DNA of 37,932 nt from an uncultured virus (IMG/VR IMGVR_UViG_3300032241_000856) (taxonomy: Duplodnaviria; Heunggongvirae; Uroviricota; Caudoviricetes), in IMG/VR virus record IMGVR_UViG_3300032241_000856; one strand, given 5' to 3'. Under the pieces are notes generated by a model. The model was not told the DNA's origin. It saw only the letters and a list, made by a program, of their open reading frames with translations, and ran no database searches. The position numbers and the translations under genes were made by a program. This document shows, in pieces, positions 1 to 10,800 of this stretch; position 1 is the stretch's first letter; each line of letters begins with the position of its first letter.

Positions 1-1524
1 GCCAGCACCAATAGCTACAACTGATACTGAGTTAACGCCACTAGGTGCATACCATGTGTATGATTGTGTTCCGCCGTTTGTGTTTGAGCTAGAACCTTCG
101 TATAGTGAAGAGCCTGTTGGAGGAGGTGGATAAGAAAGCTGTCCGCAAACTGTAAGTGCTCCATACATTACAGTATTACCTGCAATAATTGCACTACCGC
201 CTACGCAGAAACAGTTTGGTGAATATAAGTTGTTAACTAATCCAGCGCCGGCTGAACAGAAGCAGTTACCTGTATACATTATACCTTGTGCAATAAAGTT
301 ATTAGCTACGCATGCACAACCTGTTACATACAATCCAGTTAGTGTGCCAACTGATGTTAAACTTGAAGCAGTAACACCACTGTTTAAAGTAGAACCACAT
401 AAGTTACCAGCGGGTAAACATGAGAAGTTACTACCGTTAAATGTTGGGCTTGCGCCTGATTGAATATTTTGTGGCAAACTGATTGTAATATTACCAGTTG
501 ACGAGCTTACTGAAACTTGATTAGATGTTCCAGCAAGTGATATTACACCAGCATTGCTTAGTGTAACTGAACTACCTAATGCTACAGTTCCACCGCCACT
601 TAAACCAGTTCCAGCTGATACTGTAATTGAGTTGTTAATTAAAGCACCGTTTGGAATGCAACTAAAATTACCACCGCAGAATGTAGGTGCCGCACCACTT
701 GCAATAGTTTGTGGTAATGTTAGTGTAATATTACCAGTTGATGCACTAACTGAAATTTGTCCACTTGTTCCTGTTAAACTTAACACACCTGTATTGTTTA
801 ACGTAACTGATGCAACTGGTCCAGTCATTGTGCCACCGCCACTTATACCAGTTCCTGGATTAACCGTTACGCTTGTAAGAACACGACTGCTATTATCGTA
901 AATACATGCTCCGTATGTTGCGCCACCAACACCTAAACCACCAGTAATAACCAATGCACCAGATCCTGTGCCAGTTGATGCAGTAGATGAAGTAATAGTA
1001 GATGCGCTATTAGCAGTTATAGAAGTAAACGCACCACTAGATGGTTGGCTATTACCAATCTGCATGTTATTCATTGAGCCAAGAGAGCTTGGACTAATTG
1101 TAGCAGTTCCGGTTGGCTGTATTGCAACGTTACCGCTAGGACTAATTGTAGCAGTAGTTCTAACTGTTAGCGTATCTGTTGTCAGACCATTAGTTACTGA
1201 TAATGCTCCGCCGTTATTAATTAAGATATAATAATTTGTGCCGTCACTGCTAATTGAATAAGTAGTGTTAGCCGGCATAGCTTGGCTTGAAGCTGCCGTA
1301 AAATTATTACCTTGAATATTACCAGCTGGTGTTGCAATAGTTATTGCTCCACCTGTTGCATTGTAAAATGTTTGTGTATAACCAACTGTATATTGTGGAC
1401 TAACTAGGGTAAGCGTTATTCCAGAAGATCCAGTAATGGTCATGAAGCTATTATTAATAGCATACGTCATGGTCGTAGTGCCAGACGTTGTTAAAAATAA
1501 CGATACTGTATTATAGCGTGCCAT
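1..1524 (-). CDS. Tail-fibre-like protein, >508 aa, 3' end outside the window. Cys-rich shaft followed by the start of a glycine-rich domain.
   Basis: Not in the ORF track; translated by hand. ATG at 1524 follows the 107-aa gene stop (TAAGGATTAGAGAGAACT-ATG) and the frame stays open to base 1: MARYNTVSLFLTTSG...GSGALVITGGLGVGG...GCACV...NCFCS...NCFCV...YTWYAPSGVNSVSVVAIGAG. The GALVxxGGxGxGG and TWxAPxGVxSVSVVAIGAG motifs are typical of phage fibre proteins. Confidence 0.85.
   Translation of the reverse strand, partial: MARYNTVSLFLTTSGTTTMTYAINNSFMTITGSSGITLTLVSPQYTVGYTQTFYNATGGAITIATPAGNIQGNNFTAASSQAMPANTTYSISSDGTNYYILINNGGALSVTNGLTTDTLTVRTTATISPSGNVAIQPTGTATISPSSLGSMNNMQIGNSQPSSGAFTSITANSASTITSSTASTGTGSGALVITGGLGVGGATYGACIYDNSSRVLTSVTVNPGTGISGGGTMTGPVASVTLNNTGVLSLTGTSGQISVSASTGNITLTLPQTIASGAAPTFCGGNFSCIPNGALINNSITVSAGTGLSGGGTVALGSSVTLSNAGVISLAGTSNQVSVSSSTGNITISLPQNIQSGASPTFNGSNFSCLPAGNLCGSTLNSGVTASSLTSVGTLTGLYVTGCACVANNFIAQGIMYTGNCFCSAGAGLVNNLYSPNCFCVGGSAIIAGNTVMYGALTVCGQLSYPPPPTGSSLYEGSSSNTNGGTQSYTWYAPSGVNSVSVVAIGAG
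400..880 (-). repeat. Tandem ~80-aa (240-bp) duplication inside the fibre ORF
   Basis: TGTAATATTACCAGTTGA occurs at 484-501 and 724-741. Protein copies: SVTVNPGTGISGGG...STGNITLTLPQTIASGAAPTFCGGNFSCIP and SITVSAGTGLSGGG...STGNITISLPQNIQSGASPTFNGSNFSCLP. Confidence 0.85.
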
Positions 1525-1539
1525 AGTTCTCTCTAATCC

Positions 1540-1863
1540 TTATGATGTTGATGTTTCAATTCCGTATATATTTACGTTACAGCTCTGTGAACTAGCTTGA
1601 ACAATAACGTTAATACCTGCATTTGCTACCAAACCAGTTCTTTCAAAAACACCGTATGGCACAATTGTAGTCTGATATTCAAAATATTCCGACGTGCCCG
1701 GTGTTGTTACTAATGACAATGCTAGTTTTACAGTAATAGATACCGCGCTAGTATTGGTAAAAGATACGTTAAAAACTGAATAGTAACCAGTCGGCACAGT
1801 ATATGCCGTCTGGTTAACGTTTGCTGTAGTTATTGTTGTAGTCCCTAATCTTCCTGTTGCCAT
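1540..1863 (-). CDS. Small ~110-aa beta-rich virion protein (putative fibre adaptor), paralog of 22786..23130 and 32257..32589
   Basis: ORF with GGAGA RBS. Shares the pattern Q-x-x-Y-T-V...(F/C)-x-N...I-x-P...E-x-x-x-L-V with the other two small ORFs. Confidence 0.75.
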   Translation of the reverse strand: MATGRLGTTTITTANVNQTAYTVPTGYYSVFNVSFTNTSAVSITVKLALSLVTTPGTSEYFEYQTTIVPYGVFERTGLVANAGINVIVQASSQSCNVNIYGIETSTS

Positions 1864-1878
1864 GATTTATTTCTCCAA

Positions 1879-4800
1879 TTATCTTTGTAAAAAGAATCCA
1901 AGTGCAACGGGAGCTCCGTCAATACCACCTGTAAAATTCATTTTTGCTGTTACGTTAATTTGCCCGCCACTAGTTGTTGAAATAGTGTTGTTGGCAATAT
2001 ATATCACACCAGCCGTTAGTGTATTTACGTTCAAAGTTGATTGACCGCCACCAATTTGGGCTGTAATATACGATTTAATAGCTCTTTGCGTCGGTAAAAC
2101 GTTGTCGCTATTAGCTGTAAAATACGGATCAGTTGAGAATTGCGTAATTGTAGCTGATCCTACTCCTAACGATAAACCGCTCAATGTCAACGATTGTAGT
2201 CCTGATAAGTTAAATGCGTTAGCATTTAAAGTAGCAGTTCCAGTTGCCTGTTGAACACCAAACAAGTTACCAACGTTAAAGTTACCGTCTTGGTCTGTAG
2301 ACGTAAAGAATACGCGACCGCCACCAGTTCCGCTAGTTTGATTTGACTGTATAGCATTAGTTGGGATAACAAACGGATAGTTAGTCTGCGCTTGGTTACC
2401 AGTTCCAATATACAAGAAATCATGTCCAGTTAAACGTGTTTGACTATACTTGATAGTAGTAGTCATTAGTGTGTTATGCGCAGGAGCATTGTATACAGTT
2501 AATCCTGGACTAATTTGGAATACTGCTGAATAATTTCCAGCAATACCTAAAATGTTACTGATTGTAACTAGTTTATACCATACTCCTGGTATTGTTGCAA
2601 ACACAATATTTGCACCTGCTTGCGGAATAGCAAACAAATTGCTTACACTGATAAAGTTTGTAGATTGATACAAGTCAGCGTAACCGTCGCCTGTTATTAG
2701 AGCAGTTGCAGTGGTGTTTAAAGTTCCTCGATTAATAAAACTTGGATTACCTAATGCACCGTCTGCTGTTCTTACACGTAAGTTAACGGCAGTTGTGTGG
2801 TTTACATCACCAATTGTATATGTTGGTGCGCAAGTATAAATTCCACTAGTAATAGTTGCTGGTGTAACTATTACAGGAACTGAGCTTCCACTAGTTGCAG
2901 TAATTTGGAACGTAGTAGTTGTAATACTTGCTCCAATTACGTAATAAGTTGTGTTTGTTGCTAATCCTGCTGCCGTGCATCCTTGGAATTCAATTGGTTG
3001 ATTAGCAATAATATTTTCAGTATTATCTACAGTTATTGTATTCAATGATGTTACAGTTGCTGACACGCTTAAACCAGTAGTTGTTCCAACACTTAATGCC
3101 GATGCGCCTAAATAAGTAGTTGTGATTGACACACTAGTGCTGTTTGAAGTAGTAGCATAAACATAGTAAATTGTTCCAGCAGTAATATAACTACCAATGT
3201 TTGAAGCAAACACAATTGCTTGACCTTGGGTTAACGAAGCTGCCGCTGACAATGTTATTACAGTTGTAGCACTTGAATTTACTGTTACTACAGTTCCAGC
3301 TATATAACTTGTTGAGGATACTATACCTTTTGGATATGCTGAACCTGGTTCCCACATACGAATTTCGGTTATTGTTCCACTACCAACTTTTATACGCCCT
3401 TGTGATGTAGCTCCAGTGTGCATTGACGCCGCTACTTGACCACTAGTGTTGCTTACTGCAACCCAAAGTGGACTATTTCCAGCAGTAGTCAAGTTTGGTA
3501 TACTTCCAAATGCCACGCTATTCCAGTTACTGCTTGAAGGCATAACAACAGAAGTCCAGTTAATGCCGTCTGGGCTAGTTGCGGCTATGTTAGTTCCACT
3601 GGCTACTGCAAAGAATAAACCTTGACCATAGGATATCTGTGTCCAGTTTGCGGCACTTGGTAATCCAGCCGGAGCTTGTGTCCATGTAAGACCTGCATTT
3701 AATGAATATGCTACATAAGTTTGATTACTTGCAATTGCCACATATCTGTTATTACCATATGCAATACTAGACCAAGTTGTAGTCTGTGGCAAGTTACCAC
3801 CAGTAGTCCAACTTGAACCGTTGAAAGAAAATGCTGTAGCATTTGAACCAGTTGAAATTGCCACATAAGCGCCACCTGTAAACTGATTATAAGAACCAGC
3901 TCCCCAAGTTACTGCTGAGTATGTTCCACTAGTTAATGTTGGAATAGTTCTTGCTGTCCAAGAAACTCCATCATTACTACTTGTAGCACTACTTGTTCCA
4001 CCAACTGCTACATAAGTTCCTAATCCATAAGCTAAAGAAACAAAGTTAGATGCAGGTAACGCATTACCAGCTGTCCATGCAGTAGATGCACCAACTGCTA
4101 TACCACTACTCCATAATGGTAAGTATGCAGTTGCAGTTGAACTTGCGCTAATAGCTACAAATTTTGCGCTATTATCTGCTATAGTAACTGTTGGTGTTGA
4201 AGTGTATCCGTAACCAGCATTAGTAATAGTGATACTAGCAACTCCATAATTACTTAGAACCGCTGTTCCAGTTGCAGTTGTAGCAACATAAGTTAATGAT
4301 ACAGTCCCGTTTGTTCCTGTGCCGGTAGTAAATGCCGGTCCACTAGATCCAAATGTTCCTGAGCTTGTAGCTAGATAAAAATTACCTAAGTAAGTATAGT
4401 AATTTGAGCTAGTTGCTGATCCGCCATTGGTCCATGTAGTTGCGCCGCTTATAGGAGCACTAACAGTAACTTGTGGAACGCTATTATAACCGTATCCATA
4501 TTGCACAACATTAAAGCTAGTAACTTCACTAGTAACTGCTGTTACAGTTGGATTAGTGTATCCAGAACCGTTAGCACTAACTGTTACTGCTTGGATAATT
4601 CCACTTAATACAGTCGCTGTTGCAACGCAGTTAGATCCAGTATTGTCAGTAATAACAATAGTTGGGGGGCTTGTATAACCAAATCCACCATTAGTTACTG
4701 TTATACTTGCAATTTGTCCAACTCCTGGAGCACCAGTAGAGTTTGCAACACCCAGTGTTACTGTAAATGTTGCACCTGATCCGCCTAAACCGCCAACTGT

Positions 4801-7800
4801 TGCTGTATAAGAAGCACCTGATCCGCCTCCAAATACAACTTTATTAGCTAATGTTCCAGATAAACCAGTAGCGGCGCCGCCAGCACTCCAAGTTTTTCCA
4901 TCTACTGAATACGAAGTAGTTGTTGCGCCTGTTGCAACTACTACATATCTTCCAGCACCATATGCTACTTGTCCCCAAGTAGTTGATGCAGATAGTGTTC
5001 TTCCAGTAGCTGTATATCCTGGAGCAGTGTAAGTAATTCTTGGTTCAATAATATAGTTAGTTGTTAGATCTAGTGTGCTAGAAATAGCTGTTCCTGGAAC
5101 TACATGATCCCAACCAGCGGCATACAAGTTTGCACTTATTGACCCACTAGTTACAGATGCCGCAACTCCACTTCCGCTTGTAGTAGTTAAGGAGAATTGT
5201 GTTCCGCCTGCTACTAATGCTAACACATAATATAATGTGTTTGAAGTTAACCCATTAACAGTTGTATCTAAATAAACACCCATTCCGTTATATAATGTAG
5301 CGGTGCTTGCAACAGTTAATGCATTTAATGTTCCTGAAATAGTTGCTGAATATCTATATTGTGTAGTAGATACTGGCCAACTTGTGCCGCCTGTAGGTGT
5401 TCCTGTAATAGCTCCAAAACTTGCCGCAGTTAAAGCGTAAGTTCCAGCACCACCGAACGCATACACGCTAGTTGATGCACTTACTGCCGCATATAAATTA
5501 TTATTAACGGTGATTGTATTAGTTGTTGGAGTTATTGAAGTAATATATGTGCCAGCTGGAATACCACTAATCGGAGCAATAAATTGTCCAATTGCTAGAG
5601 TTGATATAGTTCCTACAGTAAATGTGCTTAATACAATTACGTTACTGCTTGAAGATCCAGTAAAAGTTGCAGTAGCAAGTATGCTACCTGTTGAACTAAC
5701 TTGACCTGCAATATAGCTACCAGTAACTGATCCACCACTTAGTGCAATACCTGGACGTAGATTACTTCCAGCTGATGCAGTTAATATAGTTTGTTGAACG
5801 TTTGTAACTGATCCAGCTGTAGGAGTTGTTCCACCAACAGCTTGATATGTGATACTAGTTGAACTATTAATTGCTGTCACTACTACTGTAGTAGGAGATC
5901 CACCATATAGTGTTCCTGTTCCGTTTGTTGCTGTAATTTGAGCTCCAATTACAAAGTTCACTGTAGAACTCATTCCAGTAATAGTAGCTTGCCATGGACT
6001 AGATTGTGTTCCAGTTCCAACAATTGAACCAATAGTTCCAGTTGTGCTAACTGTTGTGCTAGCAATACCAGTAGAAGTTACAGTTGCTACCTGGCTCGTT
6101 GCTGTAATATAAGTTCCTAGTGTAATTGTGCCTGAACTAGTTAAGATCATTCCAGGTGCAAAAGAACCAGTTTGTGTTCCACAAGGTGAAAATACTGTGC
6201 CAGTTAATCCTGGAACAATTACACCAGCAGTATTGTTAACTCCAGTTGTAAGAGTAGTTGCAGTTACAGGCAAAGTAGTAAAACTTTCTTTGTAAACTAA
6301 CGCAACTTTACTTCCGTTGCTATAACTTAAAATTGCAGCCGATTGGCCAACGCCGGTTCCGCCTGTAAGAACTACTCTCATTCCTATGTAAGCCGGACTT
6401 AGTGCAACGTCAGTAGCCGCAATTGTTATTTGATATGGTGTTCCGCCCTGGCCAGCATTAATTGCCTGACCGTAAGCAACACCACCACTTGACCCAGTAT
6501 TCAATGGATCAATAATTCTAGTTTCAAATACCGTTGCATCACGGAATTCGTCATTTGTTACATAGACATTATAACCAGAACCGCTAATTGCAGTTGTAGC
6601 ATTTGTATAACCACTACCGGCATTTTCAAATTCTAAACGTAAGATAGTGTTTACACTGTCTGTGAATACGTTAGTAACGTAAGCCTGTGCCGCACGGTTA
6701 TTTAAGTTTGCATATAATGGTGTTTCTTGTGTATCTGTGCCTTCTGCAATAACACCCCATGTTCCATAAGAGCTGTTACCGTTAGTAGCACGAATACGTC
6801 CGCCTAATTCACTCAAATAACCCGAGTAGCTGTAGTAACAGAACACGGAAACCAACTCAGTTAAAGCCGAGTGTCCTGTGCACCATACACCGATACCGTC
6901 TGATAAAATAGTTGTATAGTCGTTAGCAACGATAGATCTGTTACCACCTTGATGTAATGCACCATCAATCTTCATACCTGTGCAACCTGTTCCAAATAAT
7001 GAAACGTTTTGACAGTATGTGCTTCGTGTGTTAATCCACACGTTAGTGTCGTTTGGTCCAAATCCTGGATCTAATGATGTATAAGCGCCAGCAGTTGGAC
7101 GTCTAGTTCCGTATGCGTTAACCTGAGTCAAGTCCCCATTTAGACCATTTAATGTCATATTTCTAACACCGCACGACTGTCTTACATAGAACATGTCTGA
7201 CAATTGGCTTCCTTGAACTGCATTTTTATACAATACGGCAGCACGAATGGATTTGTAATTACCTGGATATTGAAGGTCATAAATTAAAGCCTTAACATAT
7301 TCAGTCATGTCACGCTGGCATGATGTAACATTGAAATAATATTGTGCAGTTAAGCCTGGCGAACTAACACTACTTAACGGAATAGAAGTTGTTCCGCCAT
7401 AAGTAGATGTTATAGAAAATGATGTCGGGCTAAGAACTGCTAGAACCCAATATTCTGTGTTAGCTGTGATTCCGCCTGCGCTACTACCAGTAAATACAAC
7501 TGGATCGCCTGCTAATAAATTATGGGCACCAGTTGTAGTAACACCTAGTCCGCTGATAGAAGCAAGTGCTCCACCAAAGTTTTGCGTAATCCATGCAGTA
7601 GCTTCGTTAACTAAGAAGTTAGTGTTAGCTCGTAAAATTTCAACACCTTTTATTGTAGATAATGTGTTGTTATAAGTTATAGTTCCATTAATTTCTGGGA
7701 TCTCATTAATACCACCAGTAATAATATTAATAAAGTCTGTAAACAAAGTGTTAATTGCAGTTACCGCACTTGAATTTGAAGTAACTGCTGAAGTCATTTG

Positions 7801-10800
7801 CGTATTCAAATATCTATAACTTTGAACTGTTGCTTTTTTCTGCACACCAATAGCCTTAGCCGCCTGTGCTTGAAAGTAACTCATGGCTGCTCTAAGAGTT
7901 AGGAAATTACTGCCTAACATAAGATCAAAACCAACCATATCAATTACGTAACCGATGTCACGTTGGCAATATGCTGTGTTATAAGTTAATGTTGGATAGT
8001 TAGTTGTAATAAATGTTGAAATTACACCTTGTATTGTAGCCTTAACACCTGACAGCGTTTGATAAGCGGCTAAATTACTAGCACTTACACCTGCTGTTGA
8101 TGGTAAATTAATTTTTTCAGCAACAATCGATAAGCCAGTTCCGCTAGTAAATGAAGTTACAGTTGTTCCTCCATAACTAGCTGATAAAGTAAATGTAGTC
8201 GATAATGGAATTGAAGCTACATAATACCATGTTCCACTTGTTAAACCATTAGAAGTAGATTGTGGTATTACAGCATCACCAACACTTAACCCGTGAGCGG
8301 CACTAGTTGTAAATGTTGTTCCACTTGCAATTGTTGTAATAGTAACTGTCTGAACTCCAGAAGCTAAGTTAGTAGCACTAATAATGTTTGTAATAATTGT
8401 TACAAGATTACCAACAGCGGTTGCGGCTGTTGAATTACCAACGGATTGTAGTGTATCTGCACGAACTTGAGTGACAGTAGACTGAACTGGAGTAAAGCCA
8501 ACACTGTTAGTTGCAATATTTTGAACTAGAGTTTTTAACCAACCATATGCGGCTACTGTTGCAGTTGTTTCTGTTGATGAAATTTCTAAACCGTATAATG
8601 CTGACTGATAAGCGGCACCGGCATTTCTAGTTGCCCAATTACCTCCCATTCTCATATCAAATACTAGTGCATCTAAAATGTAATTAACATCTCGTGAACA
8701 CGTAGTTTTGTTGTATACAACGCTTGGATAATTAGCAGTAACATAAGCAATAACCTCAGCTTGAACAAATGCCTTATTATCATAAATCAATTGAGCGGCT
8801 GCGGCAAATGTGCTACTAATAGCCTGAGCAGTTGGAGGCCATATATCTCCAACTTTACCAGTTCCTGCAATATACTGTGTAATATCGTTGATTGTTGTTT
8901 GTGCGGCAACAACACTACCACTTGCGGCAATTTTAGCAATTTTATATTTCATAAAATTAACTGCGCCTAAGCAAGCAGAAAGTTCAGTGCTTAATACAAC
9001 TGTATTAGATGCAATAGGAGCATAAAATCTTGAACCTGCTTTGATAGCGTTAAAGTTTCCACCGTTAACCATGTCATAACAAATTGCATCTACAATTAAT
9101 CCGGCATCTCTAGTAGATGTTGTAATATTATAAGTAACAGATTGATAGAATTTTTGTATCCATGCAGTTGCGTCTGATGCAATTTCACTTCTCTTTGCTT
9201 GAACTGCCGCAAAAGCTGTTTGTAGATCTGTGCTAGCCCATCCAATGTATGGGGTCACGGCAGCATCACTATTACCAGTTTGAACAGCATCAATGATGTT
9301 TTGAACAAGTGCTTGAACAAACGCGGCACATGCGGCATTACCGGCACTACCTGTAGTTACTTGAGATGTTACATTACCAGATGATACTGTAACTGATTGT
9401 GCTTGAACAATTTGACCTAAAATTGTTTGTATTCTTGCTAATGCGGCTAATGTTGCTGGCAAATAGGCTGCCTGGATTGTATTAACATAGTTTGACCAGT
9501 AGGCACTCCCAGTGATTAATGACATACGATTTCCGCCGTATGTTAAATCATAACGGATAGCATCTAAAACATATCCAGCATCTCTTTGAGTTTCAGCTTG
9601 GTTAGTAGCTCCAAATGTTGTCCAAACACTACTATAGTTTGTGTTTAAATATGCAACAACTTCAGCTTTAATAAAAGCATAGTTCTGCACTATTTGTGCT
9701 CGACCATAATTGTAAGTAGAAGTTGAACCTGTAGCATTGCCAGTGGCTGCCCATGCAACGTTAGTCAAGGTTGATCCGTATCCAGTAGGGTCCGGTTGAA
9801 CAAGTGTAGGCAAGTTGGTTAAACCATTTGCAAATACACGATATAATGCTGTTGCACTAGCGTTAGTATTTGTTACAGCGGCAGCACTACCAACATCCCC
9901 AGTTGGCAAAGTAGTAATTTGAGTGGCTGTATTTCCTGAAGTTGGTGTAACTGATTGATTAGTTAAGAGTGCAGGTAAAATTGCACTAATTCTGTTCAAT
10001 GCACTTGTAGTTTTAGGAACATCATTAACTAAATTCTGAACTGCTACAGCAGGTTGAACTACTGATGTTCTTAGTTCGTCACCAACTAAGGCAGTATTTT
10101 CAGGAATAACAATTGGAAGAATTTCGTTGTATGTTCCTGTCTTAATATCAATAGTAGTATTAGGTTGGAATGGTGTCGGAACAGCAGTTGCAGATCCAGC
10201 AGTCATCGCAGAAGTAATAATGTTAACTAGTCCTTGGCAATAGCTAAGTGCTGTGCTTTCAGCAGTAATAGTATTATCAATAATCTGAACAGCTTGAGAG
10301 CCTGAGCTTACTCCATTTAAAGTTTGATAGTTACTAGCTGGTGCTGTATTTCCTAAAATAGCCGGTAAAACATAATTTTCAAGATAATTTTGTGCGGCTA
10401 TAAATTGTGTAATTTGATATCCCGTATTGGTTGTAATAAATGTATTTCCAGCAGTTGTAAAATATGCTTTAGCATTTGTTACAGTTTTTAATGTGCCGCC
10501 ACGAGTTAAATCGTATACAATACCTTCATATGTTAATCCAGTATCTCTTTCAGTTTTAGTTTGATCGTAATAAAAATTAACTGTAAATCCAACACTAAAA
10601 GATCCTGTTAACGCAAAAATTGAACCAGTATAAGTTGATTTAATTGTAAAATGTGTAGAATCTACAATTGTGTTAATATAGTATACAGTTCCTGCTGTTA
10701 CTCCTGCGTATGTTGCTGAGAATGTAATCGGCATTCCAACATTAAAAGACGCAGTAGATGAGCAAGCAAACTGATAATTACCTGTGTTCCAACCTGTAAT

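Noticed and set aside
1091..1155. 17-bp direct repeat GGACTAATTGTAGCAGT at 48-bp spacing
   Set aside because: It is explained by the in-frame fibre repeat TATISPS; there is no evidence of a DNA-level function.
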